Assembly: GCA_963744995.1 (NCBI GenBank)
Contig: CAVUWA010000002.1
Span: 1,056,001-1,120,000 of the forward strand
Direction: 5' to 3'
DNA length: 64,000 nucleotides
Origin: Candidatus Eiseniibacteriota bacterium
Lineage (GTDB): Bacteria; Eisenbacteria; RBG-16-71-46
A program made the position numbers and the translations under genes. The stretch's first letter is position 1, and every line of letters begins with the position of its first letter. Positions 17,506 through 28,342 of this stretch are shown piece after piece. The notes below the pieces were generated by a model, which saw nothing but the letters and a program-made list of their open reading frames with translations, had not been told where the DNA came from and did not search any database.

Positions 17506-19581
17506 ATGTGCGGAATCGCGGGACTGATCGAGCGGAGTGGACGCGCGGATCTCGGACGGCTGCACCTGATGTCGCTGCTGTTGCGCCATCGCGGGCCCGA
17601 CGACGAGGGCGGCGTGCTGATCGACGCCGAAGGCGGCCAGTGGATGACGCTGGGCGGTCCGGACACGCCGGCGGAGGCCTATGCGAGCGGGACGCCGTTC
17701 GCGCCGGGCCGCAAGTCCGGTGACCAGAAGACCGCGCAGTACCGGCTCGGCTTCGTCCACCGGCGGCTCTCGATCGTGGATCTCTCGCCGACCGGTCATC
17801 AGCCGATGAGCGACGCATCCGGGCGGACCTGGATCGTCTACAACGGCGAGATCTACAATCACCTCGAGCTGCGCACCGAGCTCGAGAAGGCCGGGGCGAC
17901 GTTCATCGGCACGAGCGACACCGAGGTCATCCTCGCCGCATACCGCGAATGGGGCCGCGGCTGCCTGCCGCGTCTGAACGGCATGTTCGCCTTCGCGCTC
18001 TGGGACGGCGAAAAAGGCGAGCTGTTCTGCGCACGCGACCGGCTGGGCATCAAGCCGTTCTACTTCGAGACCGACGGCGGGCACTTCGCGTTCGCCTCCG
18101 AGCCGGCCGCCCTGGTGCGCACACGCCCGCAGCGCGCGCGGCCGCGACTGGCGGCGATCCACGACCTGATCTCGCTCGACTGGCTGGACCACGAGTCGCC
18201 GACGTTCTTCGAAGGGCTCTATCAGCTGCCGCCCGGGCAGTACGCGGTGTTCGGCAGGGACGGCCTGGCGCTGCACCGCTGGTGGACGCTCGACCCCAAC
18301 GCGCGTGCGACCGGCCATCCGGCCGAGTGGGCGGAGGAGTTCGAGCGGCTGTTCACCGATGCCGTGCGGCTGCGCATGCGCGCCGACGTCGAAGTGGGTT
18401 CGTGCCTCTCGGGCGGACTCGATTCGAGTGCCGTCGTCACCACCGCGGCGCAGCTCGGCGACAGGCCGCTGCACGCCTTCACGTGCGCCTACGACGAGGG
18501 CCCGGCGTACGACGAGCGTCCTTACGTGCGCGCGACCGTCGAAGCCAGCGGCGCGACCTCGCATCTCGTCGTGCCGGACGGCGGCGACTTCTGGGACACG
18601 TTCGACGTGCTGCACGCGCAGCAGGGCGAGCCGACCGCGGGGCCGGGGCTCTACTCGCAGTGGAAGGTGATGGGGCTCGCGCGGGAGGCCGGGCTCAAGG
18701 TGCTGCTCGATGGCCAGGGCGGCGACGAGACGCTGGCCGGCTACTTCCGCTACCTGCCGCTGCGCCTGCGTGACCTGTTCGCGAACGGGCGGCTGATCGC
18801 CTTCACGCAGCTGTGGGGTGACGTCGTGCAGCGTCTCGGCATGCGCACCACGCTCGGGCTCGTTACCGAGCCGCTGATGCCTCCCGGGGTGGCGCCCTTC
18901 CTGCGCCGCCGTTTCGGACAGGGCAAGGATCTCGTGCTCGGTGAGGCCCTGCGCGGCATGAAGCGTCGTGTGCCGCAGGCGCCGGCCGGCTTCGGCACCG
19001 CGGTCCGGCGCCAGCAGGCGTTCGACCTCACTCAGCGGCTGCTGCCGTCGCTGCTGCGCTACGAAGACCGCAACAGCATGGCGTTCTCGATCGAGACGCG
19101 GCTGCCGTTCCTGGATCACCGCCTGGTCGAGTTCGCACTCTCGTTGCCGGACGATCAGCGCCTCGACGGCGCCACCACCAAGGCGATCCTGCGCCGGAGC
19201 CTCGCCGACCGCATTCCGCCGCCGGTGCTCGCGCGCCGCGACAAGATGGGCTTCGAAACGCCGACCGACGTGTGGCTGCGCTCGCGCTTCGCGAACGAGG
19301 TGCGTCACCGGCTGAACACGCCTGGACCGCATCACGAGTGGCTGGATCCTGCCGCGATGGCCGACGCCGTCGAGTCGTACCTGGTCGAGCGGCGCCCGAT
19401 CGGCCTGCAGGTCTGGCGCTGGTTGTCGCTCGAGTCGTGGGGCCGCCAGTACGTGGCCGGAGACCCGCGGGTGATCGAGCGCGCGCGCGAGATCCCGCTC
19501 CATGCCGGCCGCCACCGTTCGTACGTGGAGGTCCTCAAGGACTTCCAGCGCGAAGAGGCGTCGCCGACCAGCGCGGCCTGA
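17506..19581 (+). CDS. asnB: Asparagine synthase (glutamine-hydrolysing)-family amidotransferase, probably glycan amidation
   Basis: MCGIAG N-terminal nucleophile, HRGPDD, HRRLSIVDLS..GHQPM, YNGEIYN, LSGGLDSS, DGQGGDE, ETRLPFLD. Confidence 0.9.
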   Translation: MCGIAGLIERSGRADLGRLHLMSLLLRHRGPDDEGGVLIDAEGGQWMTLGGPDTPAEAYASGTPFAPGRKSGDQKTAQYRLGFVHRRLSIVDLSPTGHQPMSDASGRTWIVYNGEIYNHLELRTELEKAGATFIGTSDTEVILAAYREWGRGCLPRLNGMFAFALWDGEKGELFCARDRLGIKPFYFETDGGHFAFASEPAALVRTRPQRARPRLAAIHDLISLDWLDHESPTFFEGLYQLPPGQYAVFGRDGLALHRWWTLDPNARATGHPAEWAEEFERLFTDAVRLRMRADVEVGSCLSGGLDSSAVVTTAAQLGDRPLHAFTCAYDEGPAYDERPYVRATVEASGATSHLVVPDGGDFWDTFDVLHAQQGEPTAGPGLYSQWKVMGLAREAGLKVLLDGQGGDETLAGYFRYLPLRLRDLFANGRLIAFTQLWGDVVQRLGMRTTLGLVTEPLMPPGVAPFLRRRFGQGKDLVLGEALRGMKRRVPQAPAGFGTAVRRQQAFDLTQRLLPSLLRYEDRNSMAFSIETRLPFLDHRLVEFALSLPDDQRLDGATTKAILRRSLADRIPPPVLARRDKMGFETPTDVWLRSRFANEVRHRLNTPGPHHEWLDPAAMADAVESYLVERRPIGLQVWRWLSLESWGRQYVAGDPRVIERAREIPLHAGRHRSYVEVLKDFQREEASPTSAA

Positions 19582-19582
19582 G

Positions 19583-20704
19583 GTGGATCTGCTGGTGCTG
19601 TCGGAGGTGCGGTGGGGGTATTTCCGCACCCGCAAACAGTTCCTGCTGTCGCGCTTTCCGGCGCCCTGGCGGGTGTTCTTCGCGCAGCCCCCCGCGGCCG
19701 GGGCCGATGACCCGTGGATCCCGCGCACCGAGGGCCGGGTCACGTATTTCACGACGCCCTTTCTGAAACCCGGCACCACGAATGCGGTGTACAACGGAAT
19801 GATGCGATTCGGGCCCGCCCGGGCGCTGGTGGATCGCTGGGCCGGCATGCATCTCGCCCGCCAGCTCGCGCGCCTGGGCGTGGAACGCGAACCGGTCGTC
19901 ATGTGCTCCAACATCTACGCGGCGGGGGTCCTTTCCCGGCTTCGCAAGAAGTTGGTATTCTACGACTTCAACGACAGCCCGTTTCAGTTCGCCGGGGTCC
20001 CCCGGTGGGCCCGGGGCTACTGGAAACGGACCCTCGATCAGGTGGATGTCCTGTTCGTCGTCTCCGAGTACTACCGCCGCCAGCTGAGCCGCGAGAGCGA
20101 CCGGCCGCTGGTTCTGCTGCCGAACGGCGTGGAGTTCGACGCGTTCGCCGCCCCGCGTGAGGTCCCCCCGGACCTCGCCGCGCTGCCGCGTCCGCACATC
20201 GGCTACGTCGGCCTGCTCTCGCACTTCCTCGATTTCGACGCGCTCGAGGCGATCCGCCGCGCGCGCCGCGGCGGCACGCTCGTGCTGATCGGCCCCGGCA
20301 CCCCGGCGACCGAACCGCAGCTCGAGGCGCTCGCCGCGCGCGCCGGCGTGGCGCGGCTCGGCCCGCGCCCCTACGCGGACGTGCCCGCGTACATGCAGGG
20401 GCTCGACGTCGGGCTGATTCCGTTCCGCGCCGACGATCCGCACGTCATGGGGATCAACCCCAACAAGGTCTACCAGTATCTCGCGGCCGGCGTGCCGGTG
20501 GTGACGACGCCGGTGCTGGATCTCGCCGAGCGGACCCCGGATCTCCAGTTCGCGGCCGGCGCGGAGGCGATGGTCCGGGCGCTGGCGCGGGCGCTGGACG
20601 CGCCGCCGGACCGGGCGCGGCGCCACGCGCTCGCACGCGATCACGACTGGGACGCGCTCGCGTCCCGGATGGTGGGCGAGATCGAGCGCCGGCTCGCCGC
20701 CTAG
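19583..20704 (+). CDS. Glycosyltransferase (GT-B, TuaH-like)
   Basis: RKQFL, LPNGVE, GYVG, NPNKVYQYLAAGVPVV. Confidence 0.82.
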   Translation: MDLLVLSEVRWGYFRTRKQFLLSRFPAPWRVFFAQPPAAGADDPWIPRTEGRVTYFTTPFLKPGTTNAVYNGMMRFGPARALVDRWAGMHLARQLARLGVEREPVVMCSNIYAAGVLSRLRKKLVFYDFNDSPFQFAGVPRWARGYWKRTLDQVDVLFVVSEYYRRQLSRESDRPLVLLPNGVEFDAFAAPREVPPDLAALPRPHIGYVGLLSHFLDFDALEAIRRARRGGTLVLIGPGTPATEPQLEALAARAGVARLGPRPYADVPAYMQGLDVGLIPFRADDPHVMGINPNKVYQYLAAGVPVVTTPVLDLAERTPDLQFAAGAEAMVRALARALDAPPDRARRHALARDHDWDALASRMVGEIERRLAA

Positions 20705-20735
20705 GACGGACTTCTTCCCGACGGGATCGGAACCC

Positions 20736-23171
20736 ATGGCTGATCGCAAGACCTCGAAGCGCGAAGCACGCCGCGACGCGCGCCGCCCGCAGGGCGGCGC
20801 ATCGCGCGGCCCCCGGCTGTCGCTCACCAACGGCTGGGTGGCCGTGCTGTTCGCGTTGCTCGTGGTCGTGTTCTTTCACGAGGTGTTCCTCGGCGGCAAG
20901 ACGTTCACCTCGCCGGATGCGATCGCCCCGGTCGGCTTCGTACGCATGGGGCAGCAGGCGCTCTACCAGCAGCACGTGTATCCGCTCTGGAATCCGTTCG
21001 TGTTCCTCGGCATGCCGTCGTTCGCGAGCGGCGCCTACAATCCGCTGATCTACCCGCCCGACTGGCCGCTGGCGCTGCTGGGCAAGGTCGTGCCGTTGCC
21101 CGACATGACCTGGCTGCTGCTCTACTATTTCATCGGTGCGCTCTCGATGTACCTGCTGGCCCGCGAGTGGGGCGCGCGGCCGGAGGGCGCGCTGCTGGCG
21201 GGGGCGGCGTTCGTCTTCGCTCCGAATCTGGTCGCGGTGGGCGCGCACGGCCACGGCAGCCAGCTCGTGGATTCGGCCTACCTGCCGCTGATGTTGTGGC
21301 TGGCGGCGCGGTGGCTCAGGCGCGGGACGGTCGCCGATCTCGGCTGGCTGGCCCTCGCCGGCGGTTTCCAGCTCCTGCGCGGTCACGTGCAGATCTGCTT
21401 CTACACCTGGGGCGCGGTCGGCGTGTACGCGCTGATCGAGTGGGTGAGAGCGCTGCGCGATCCGGAGCGGCGGGTGGGCGGCACCGTGCGGGCCGCTGCG
21501 ATCGCGGCGGCCGCGGCGCTGGCGTTCGGTCTCGCCGGCTTCTACAACCTGCCGCTGCACGACTACGCGCAGTACTCGATCCGTGGCGGCAGTGATGCCG
21601 GCGGCGGGGTCGGCATGCCCTACGCGACCGCGTGGTCGATGGGCCTCTACGAGCTGCCGTCGATCGTGATTGCCGGCTGGGTCGGTTTCGGCGGCGCCAC
21701 GTATTGGGGCGGGATGCCGTTCACCGACTATCCGAACGCCTACCTCGGCATCGTCGCCGTGCTGCTGGCCGTGCCCGCACTGTTCGGGCGCGGCGGGCCG
21801 CGCCTGTTCGCCGGCGTGCTCGCGGCGGGCGCGCTGCTGGTCGCCTTCGGCTACCACACACCGGTCTACCGGTTCCTCTACGATCACCTGCCGCTGTTCA
21901 ACAAGTTCCGCGTGCCGGTGATGATCCTCATCCTCCTGCAGATCGCGGCCGCGCTCGCGCTGGCATGGGGCTGGAGCGACGTGCTCGCGGCGCGCGAAGA
22001 CGACGCCCGCCGCGCGCGCATCGATCGCGCGCTGCTCGTGCTCGGCGCGCTGGTGGCGGTCGTGTGCCTGGGCGGCACCCTGTTCGCGGGCGCCTGGCAC
22101 GACGGCTACGTGCGGTACGCGATGGCGCATCAGCCCAAACTGCCGCTCGAGGCTGCGAACGCCGCAGCGCAGGAGGTCGCCGGCGATCTGGCGCGGGCCG
22201 GGCTGCTGGGGCTGATCGCGCTCGCCGCGGCATGGCTGGTGCTTCGCCGCCGCGTGTCGGTGACCCTCGCCAGCGCCGTCGCGCTGGCCGTGCTGCTGGT
22301 GGACCTGTGGCCAGTGAGCGGCCGCGTCATGCAGCCGGTGATCGGCGACCCGCCGGCGAACGTGCTCGACGTCGGCGAAAACGACACCGTGCGCTGGCTC
22401 GAACAGGTGGCACCGCCGAGCGAGTACCGCATCTTTCCGATCGACGAGTTCCAGTCCAACCGGTTCGCCGGGTTCGGTGTGCCCTCGCTCGGCGGCTACC
22501 ATCCGGCGAAGCTCAGGCGCTTCCAGGATCTGCTCGACGCCGGGGCGCCGGGCAGCCCGCGCTGGCAGCGACTGCTGAACCTGCGCTTCATTCTGATCCA
22601 GCGCCAGTACCAGGATCTCCCGCCGTACCTCAAGCCCGTCTACGAAGGGCAGACCAATACCGTGCTGCAGAACCTCATCGCGCTGCCGCGCGCGACCGTG
22701 GTCGGCCGCTACGAGGTCGTGCAGCCCGCGCGGGCGATCATCGATTCGGTGTCGAACGGCGTCACCGATCCGGCGGCCATCACGTACCTCGAATCCGATC
22801 CGGGCCTGACGCTCGGCCCGGTGGACGGCGCGACCGCGAAGATCACCCGCTACGACCTCAACGACGTGACGGTCGAAGTGCATACGCCCGGCCCGGGGCT
22901 GCTGCGGCTCGCGGACGAGTGGTATCCGGACTGGAAGGCGACGGTGGACGGCAAGACGGCGCCGGTGCTGCGCGCCGACTACCTGCTGCGCGCCGTCCCG
23001 GTGCCGGCCGGGGATCACACCGTGGTGTTCCGCTTCCAGTCGAAGTCGCTGCGCGAGGGACTGATCCTCTCGATCGTGAGCCTGCTGCTGATCCTGGGTC
23101 TGCTGGGCGTGGGGATCGCGCAGGGCCGCAGGCGTCCGCGCGCCGCGCCGCCCGAGACCACCGGGGCGTGA
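20736..23171 (+). CDS. YfhO-family GT-C membrane protein
   Basis: YPLWNPFVFLGMP, GHVQ, LPLFNKFRVP, C-terminal WYPDWKATVDG..RADYLLRAVPVPAGDHTVVFRF plus a final TM helix. Confidence 0.85.
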   Translation: MADRKTSKREARRDARRPQGGASRGPRLSLTNGWVAVLFALLVVVFFHEVFLGGKTFTSPDAIAPVGFVRMGQQALYQQHVYPLWNPFVFLGMPSFASGAYNPLIYPPDWPLALLGKVVPLPDMTWLLLYYFIGALSMYLLAREWGARPEGALLAGAAFVFAPNLVAVGAHGHGSQLVDSAYLPLMLWLAARWLRRGTVADLGWLALAGGFQLLRGHVQICFYTWGAVGVYALIEWVRALRDPERRVGGTVRAAAIAAAAALAFGLAGFYNLPLHDYAQYSIRGGSDAGGGVGMPYATAWSMGLYELPSIVIAGWVGFGGATYWGGMPFTDYPNAYLGIVAVLLAVPALFGRGGPRLFAGVLAAGALLVAFGYHTPVYRFLYDHLPLFNKFRVPVMILILLQIAAALALAWGWSDVLAAREDDARRARIDRALLVLGALVAVVCLGGTLFAGAWHDGYVRYAMAHQPKLPLEAANAAAQEVAGDLARAGLLGLIALAAAWLVLRRRVSVTLASAVALAVLLVDLWPVSGRVMQPVIGDPPANVLDVGENDTVRWLEQVAPPSEYRIFPIDEFQSNRFAGFGVPSLGGYHPAKLRRFQDLLDAGAPGSPRWQRLLNLRFILIQRQYQDLPPYLKPVYEGQTNTVLQNLIALPRATVVGRYEVVQPARAIIDSVSNGVTDPAAITYLESDPGLTLGPVDGATAKITRYDLNDVTVEVHTPGPGLLRLADEWYPDWKATVDGKTAPVLRADYLLRAVPVPAGDHTVVFRFQSKSLREGLILSIVSLLLILGLLGVGIAQGRRRPRAAPPETTGA

Positions 23172-23173
23172 AG

Positions 23174-23890
23174 ATGGAAAAGCTGATCATCGTTCCCACC
23201 TACAACGAACGCGAGAACATCGATCCGCTCATCGAGCGCCTGATGGCGCTGCCGTACGACCTGCACGTCCTGGTCGTGGACGACGGCTCGCCCGACGGCA
23301 CCGGCGATCTGGTGAAGGCCTGGCAGGCGAGGACGCCTCGGGTGCATCTCATGCAGCGCCCCGGCAAGATGGGCCTCGGCTCGGCGTACCGGGACGGGTT
23401 CCGTTACGCGCTCGAGAACGGGGCGGAATACATCTTCGAGATGGACGCGGACTTCTCCCACGACCCCGACGCGATCGGCGGCTTCCTCGAGAACGCGGAG
23501 GATCACGACATCGTTCTCGGCTCGCGCTACCTGCGCGGCGTGACGGTGATCAACTGGCCGCTCAGCCGGCTGATCCTGTCGTACACCGCCAACGTGTACA
23601 CGCGGATCGTCACCGGTCTGCCGCTGCGCGACGCCACCGGCGGGTTCAAGTGCTTCCGGCGGCGCGCGCTCGAGGCGGTGCGGCTCGATCACGTGAAATC
23701 GGACGGCTACGCGTTCCAGATCGAAATGTCCTTCAAGTGCTGGAAGAAGGGATTCACGATCAAGGAGATCCCCATCATCTTCGTCGATCGTCAGGCGGGC
23801 GCCTCGAAGATGAGCCGGCGCATCGTCTGGGAGGCGGCCTGGATGGTGTGGCGCCTCCGTCTGCTCGACCTCTTCGGCCGTCTGGAGTAA
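23174..23890 (+). CDS. Polyprenol monophosphomannose synthase (Ppm1/DPM1-like GT2)
   Basis: IVPTYNERENI, VDDGSPDGTG, GKMGLGSAY, EMDADFSHDP, DATGGFKCFRR, GYAFQIEM. Alternative coupled start GTG 23168. Confidence 0.9.
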   Translation: MEKLIIVPTYNERENIDPLIERLMALPYDLHVLVVDDGSPDGTGDLVKAWQARTPRVHLMQRPGKMGLGSAYRDGFRYALENGAEYIFEMDADFSHDPDAIGGFLENAEDHDIVLGSRYLRGVTVINWPLSRLILSYTANVYTRIVTGLPLRDATGGFKCFRRRALEAVRLDHVKSDGYAFQIEMSFKCWKKGFTIKEIPIIFVDRQAGASKMSRRIVWEAAWMVWRLRLLDLFGRLE

Positions 23891-23895
23891 GTGCC

Positions 23896-26169
23896 TTGCG
23901 AATCCCCTCACCGAGCTTCATCGTGGCCGCGGTGCTCGTTTCCGCGTCGTGGGGGCCTGCCGCGCCGGCCGGTGCGGCGAGTTCCGGCGCATGGTCCACG
24001 TTCCTGCGTCCTTACGACTACGTGCAGCTCGCCGTCTCCGGCGACACCGTCTGGTGCGCCACGGCGGAAGCCGGACTCGTCCTCTATCGCCCTTCCGACA
24101 GCACGTTCTCGAGCATCGCCCGCGTTCCGGGCGGTCTCGCGAGCAACGCGCTGACGTCGCTGGTGTTCGACCGCGGCGGCCGGCTGTGGATGGGCACGGC
24201 GGCGGCCGGGGTCAGCTTCCTCGAAGCGGACCGCTCGACGTGGGGGCTGCTGAACGCGTTCGACGGTCTGCCGCCCGGCGAGGTCACCTGCCTCGCCCTG
24301 GACCCCGTGCGCGATTCGCTGTGGATCGGCACCGACGCCGGCGTCGCGCTGTGGAACGGCTCGGAGATCGCCGGCACTCTGCCGGACGGCGTCAGTCCGT
24401 CGCCGTTCGCGAGCGATCTCATCCGCGGCATCGTGGTGAAGTCCGACTCGCAGTTCATCGCCACCGACGCCGGCGCCTACCTGCGCCGCCCGCAGGGGGG
24501 CGGCAACGTGATCGATACGATCAACGCGGGGCTGTTCGTACCCTCGATCGACGCCATGGTGACCGATGGCATCGACGTGTTCGCGCAGGTCAACGGTGCC
24601 GTGCAGCGCTGGAGCGGCCCGACACGCTCCTGGTTCGGGACGACCGGCATCGGTACCGTCTACCGCCTGGCGGCCAGCGGCGGCCAGGTGTTCGCGTCAT
24701 CGAACCAGGGCGTGTTCCGCTGGAACGTCAACACCTGGCAGCTGGTCTCCAGCGTGGCTCGGTCGAATGGCGGGATCGGCACGACGTTCGGTGTCGGGAC
24801 GGCGGGGCCGGGTGCTGCGGTCTATGCCGCCGATCGTGACGTGCTGTATGCGTTCCCGGCGGGCGGCGGCCCGCCGGAGGCTCACCTCTACAGCGCCCCG
24901 CCCGGCAACAACGTGCTCAACCTCTACGTCGAGGGCCCGCGCCTGTACGTGAACACCCTGTCGAGCGGCTATCAGGGCGGGGTCGGACGTTTCGACGGCG
25001 TCCGGTGGCGAAACTGGTACGGCGGCATGACCTGCCAGTCCGGCTGCGACACGACCTTCCAGAACACGTCGTTCCCGTTCGCGCTCGTCGCCGACAAGGA
25101 CGGCCGCAAGTGGGTCGCCGACTGGGGCACCGGAATCGAGATCCTGGACGACACCGGTCCGGTTCCGCAGGTCACGCGCCCGACCTGGAGCGACGGATTC
25201 ACCTTCGCTCAGCACACGTGGGGCGCCGCGGCGGTGATCGATTCGAACGGCGGCCACTGGTTCGGCATGGATACGCCGAACTTCGGCGGCAGCGATCCGG
25301 GCGACCAGCCGATCGGCCTCGAGTACTACGACTCGACCGGCGCTTACGTGGCGAATTATCGGCCCGGCGACGACGCCCTGCGCGGCAACGGCAAGATCAA
25401 GGCGCTGACGGTGGATCACAACCGGCGCGTCTGGGTCGGGCACTCCGATCAGGGCCTGCAGTACTTCGAGTGGGGCCGCGGAGCGGTCACGCCCGCGTTC
25501 AAGGATGCCCAGCCGGTCGAGAACGTGGACTTCCGCGGCCTCGTGGCCTCGGGCGACACGATCTGGGCGAGCACCACGAACGACGTGCGCACCTACAACG
25601 CCAGAACCGCCGCGCTGACCCACTCGTATCCCATTCCGGCCGGCCCCTCGGATCTCGCGCTCCACCCGATCGCGGTCGGGACCGACGGCCGCGTCTGGCT
25701 CGGCAGCACCAACGGCGTCCGCGTCTACAATCGCGACGGCAGCGTCAGCGCCGACTACCGGGCGGACAATTCACCGCTGACCGGGAACGACGTGCGCGCC
25801 ATCCGGGTCGATCCGGTGACCGGCGCCGTCTGGATCGGCACTGCGGGCGGCCTCAACCGCTTCGATCCCTTCTACACGCCGCCGCCGCCGCCGGCGCTCG
25901 CGCGGCTCGACGTGCGCGCGTATCCCAATCCCGCGCCGCTGAGCGCCATCGGCGCCAGCGTTCACCTCTCGGGCAACGCCACGACCTACACCGGCGCCGT
26001 GTACGACCTCTCGGGCCGGGTGCTGCGCCGATTCGGCGGGGTGGCCGACCGCAGCGTGGCGTGGGACGGCCGCGACGGCGACGGCCAGGTCGTGCGTCCC
26101 GGCGTCTATTTCGTCCGCGTGGAGGCCGGGGGTCGCGCCTCGACGGTCCGCGTCGTGCTGCTGCGCTGA
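23896..26169 (+). CDS. PorZ-like secreted beta-propeller protein with T9SS/FlgD-Ig-type C-terminal domain
   Basis: Signal peptide; VWCAT..GL, GLASN, NSPLTGNDVRAIRVDPVTGAVWIGT propeller blades; CTD AYPNP..YDLSGRVLR..WDGRD..GVYFVRV..RVVLLR. TTG start inferred. Confidence 0.7.
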   Translation: MRIPSPSFIVAAVLVSASWGPAAPAGAASSGAWSTFLRPYDYVQLAVSGDTVWCATAEAGLVLYRPSDSTFSSIARVPGGLASNALTSLVFDRGGRLWMGTAAAGVSFLEADRSTWGLLNAFDGLPPGEVTCLALDPVRDSLWIGTDAGVALWNGSEIAGTLPDGVSPSPFASDLIRGIVVKSDSQFIATDAGAYLRRPQGGGNVIDTINAGLFVPSIDAMVTDGIDVFAQVNGAVQRWSGPTRSWFGTTGIGTVYRLAASGGQVFASSNQGVFRWNVNTWQLVSSVARSNGGIGTTFGVGTAGPGAAVYAADRDVLYAFPAGGGPPEAHLYSAPPGNNVLNLYVEGPRLYVNTLSSGYQGGVGRFDGVRWRNWYGGMTCQSGCDTTFQNTSFPFALVADKDGRKWVADWGTGIEILDDTGPVPQVTRPTWSDGFTFAQHTWGAAAVIDSNGGHWFGMDTPNFGGSDPGDQPIGLEYYDSTGAYVANYRPGDDALRGNGKIKALTVDHNRRVWVGHSDQGLQYFEWGRGAVTPAFKDAQPVENVDFRGLVASGDTIWASTTNDVRTYNARTAALTHSYPIPAGPSDLALHPIAVGTDGRVWLGSTNGVRVYNRDGSVSADYRADNSPLTGNDVRAIRVDPVTGAVWIGTAGGLNRFDPFYTPPPPPALARLDVRAYPNPAPLSAIGASVHLSGNATTYTGAVYDLSGRVLRRFGGVADRSVAWDGRDGDGQVVRPGVYFVRVEAGGRASTVRVVLLR

Positions 26170-26180
26170 CGGGGACCGGA

Positions 26181-27188
26181 GTGGAGCCGCAATTCTTCGA
26201 CGCGCCCCCCGGCGGATGGGAGTCGCTGCTCGCCGAGGACCCGAACGCGACGCCGGCCCATCGGCCCGCACTGTGGCGCGCCTTCGCCGACACGTACGGC
26301 ATGCGTCTCGCGTTCGTCGCGGCGCGGCGCGCGGGTGCGCTGGTGGGCGGCGCGCCGCTGCTGATCGAGCGGCGCGCCGGCTTCACGTGGCTCCACGGCA
26401 TGCCGATGCTCCTGCCGGCGGCGCCGCTGGCCCGTGACGCCGACCGCGAGGCGGTGGACGTCGCCGTCGCACGCGGTGTCGGCATGCTGCAGCGGCGCCT
26501 GCGCGTGGTCGGCGGCGAGTGGTCGGTCTATCGGCCGCGCGATCCGGCGCCGGACGATACCGTACTCGCTGCGTGCGGCGGGGAGGTGCGCACGATGGAG
26601 ACCGCCTGCGTCGAACTCGGGGCGGGGCTCGATGCGGCACGCCGGCGCATGGATCGCAAGACCCGCCAGGAGGTGCGCCGTGCCGGCAGGCGGTTGCGCT
26701 TCGCCGAGGCGCCCGAGGCGCTCGAGGAGGCCTACGCGCTCTACGCGCGGCAGGCGCGCGCATGGGGCGCGCACCGGCCGCTGCCGCTCGAGCTGTCGCG
26801 GCGGCTACTGCACGGGCCGGCCCCCGCGGCGCGGCTGTTCACGGTGCGCGATGCGCAGGGAATGCTGTCGGCGGTACTCGCCCTGGACCACGTGCGCGAG
26901 ACCCTGCTGTGGTGGAGCGGATCGCATCCGGAGGCGCGCAGGCGCGGCGCGTTCCCGTTCCTGCTGTGGTCGGTGATCGAGCGGGCGGCGGAGGAGGGGC
27001 GCGCGCGCGTCAACCTGGGTGCGAGCGCGGGCCGCTCCCCGGTGGCGGGGTTCAAGGCCTCGCTCGGCGCCGCGTCGTTGCGCTATCCGGTGTGCTGGCT
27101 CGACGCCCGCTATGCCTCGCTGGCGGGGCGCGGGCTCGCGTGGCTGCAGGGACGCGTGCGGCGCGGCCGGGATCGGGGCGGCGCATGA
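26181..27188 (+). CDS. GNAT-fold (FemAB/BcsL-like) acyl/aminoacyl transferase
   Basis: HRPALW, RRMDRKTRQEVRRA, NLGAS..VAGFKASLGA (FemABX-like fold). Confidence 0.72.
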   Translation: MEPQFFDAPPGGWESLLAEDPNATPAHRPALWRAFADTYGMRLAFVAARRAGALVGGAPLLIERRAGFTWLHGMPMLLPAAPLARDADREAVDVAVARGVGMLQRRLRVVGGEWSVYRPRDPAPDDTVLAACGGEVRTMETACVELGAGLDAARRRMDRKTRQEVRRAGRRLRFAEAPEALEEAYALYARQARAWGAHRPLPLELSRRLLHGPAPAARLFTVRDAQGMLSAVLALDHVRETLLWWSGSHPEARRRGAFPFLLWSVIERAAEEGRARVNLGASAGRSPVAGFKASLGAASLRYPVCWLDARYASLAGRGLAWLQGRVRRGRDRGGA

Positions 27189-28342
27189 GGATCGCGACGC
27201 TCGGCAACGCGGCGGTGGTGCACACCCGGCGCTGGGTGGAGACGTTCCGGGCCCGCGGCCACGAGGTCGAGCTGTGGTCGCTCGAGCCGGGCCCGCCCTC
27301 CCTGCGCGCCCGCCTGCTGCGCCACCTGCCGGCGCCGGGTTTCATCCGTTATCCGCTCACCGTCCCGGCGCTGCGCGAGGCGCTGCACGCCTTCCGCCCC
27401 GACGTGGTGGACGCGCACTACGTGCCGAACTACGGCCTGATGGGCGCGCTCGCCGGCGTGCGGCCGCTGTCGGTGGCGGCATGGGGTTCGGATCTGCTGG
27501 TCGCCGGGCCGCGCGACCCGCTGCAGCGGCTGCGCGCGCGATTCGTGCTCGGCCGCGCTTCCCTGGTGCTGGCCGACGGCGGCAATCTCGCCGTGGCGGC
27601 GCGTGCGCTCGGCGCGGATCCGCGCGTGGTCGTGACGCTGCCCTGGGGTGTGGACGTCGACCGCTTCCGGCCGGCGGCCCGGCGCGAACCGGGGCTGCTG
27701 CTCAGCACGCGCATGCACGAGCCGGTCTACGACCTGCCGGTGCTGATCGAAGGCCTTGCGCCGCTCATGGAGGCGCGTCCGGAGCTCAGGCTCGTGCTCA
27801 CCGGCGATGGTTCACTGCGCGCTTCGCTCGAGCGTCTCGCCGCGCGCCGGCTGCCGGCCGGCCGCTATGCGTTCACCGGCCGGATCGAACCCGGCGAGAT
27901 GGCGGATCTGCTGGGACGCGCACAGGTGTTCCTCTCGGCGTCGCGTTCCGATTCGACGTCGGTCTCGCTGCTCGAGGCGATGGCAGCCGGGGCGCTGCCG
28001 GTGGTGAGCGACATCGAGGGCAACCGCGAGTGGGTGGCGGAGGGCGACGGCGCGCGGCTGTTCGCGGTCGGCGACGCCGAAGGGGCGGGGCGGGCCGTGG
28101 CGCGCGCGCTCGACGATCCGGCGTGGGCGGAAACGACCCGCGCCCGCAACCGCGCGGTGATCCGCGCGCGGGGCGATGCGGCGGCCAACATGGCGCGCGT
28201 CGAGGCGCTGTTCGAGGCGCTCGCGCACGGCGTTCCGATCGACGCCGGGCACCTCGCGCCCGCGCCGGACGTCGCGGGCGCGCACCGCACGGCGGCGGAT
28301 CGCGCCGCGCCCGCGCCGCGCGACGGAGCGGGGCGCGCATGA
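27185..28342 (+). CDS. Glycosyltransferase family 4
   Basis: VHTRRW, HYVPNYG, AWGSDL, STRMHEPVY, DSTSVSLLEAMA. Confidence 0.88.
   Translation: MRIATLGNAAVVHTRRWVETFRARGHEVELWSLEPGPPSLRARLLRHLPAPGFIRYPLTVPALREALHAFRPDVVDAHYVPNYGLMGALAGVRPLSVAAWGSDLLVAGPRDPLQRLRARFVLGRASLVLADGGNLAVAARALGADPRVVVTLPWGVDVDRFRPAARREPGLLLSTRMHEPVYDLPVLIEGLAPLMEARPELRLVLTGDGSLRASLERLAARRLPAGRYAFTGRIEPGEMADLLGRAQVFLSASRSDSTSVSLLEAMAAGALPVVSDIEGNREWVAEGDGARLFAVGDAEGAGRAVARALDDPAWAETTRARNRAVIRARGDAAANMARVEALFEALAHGVPIDAGHLAPAPDVAGAHRTAADRAAPAPRDGAGRA

Noticed and set aside
17506..19581. AsnB as a lasso-peptide cyclase or RiPP enzyme
   Set aside because: It has an intact glutaminase N-terminal Cys, lies among glycosyltransferases, and has no precursor peptide or B-protein nearby.
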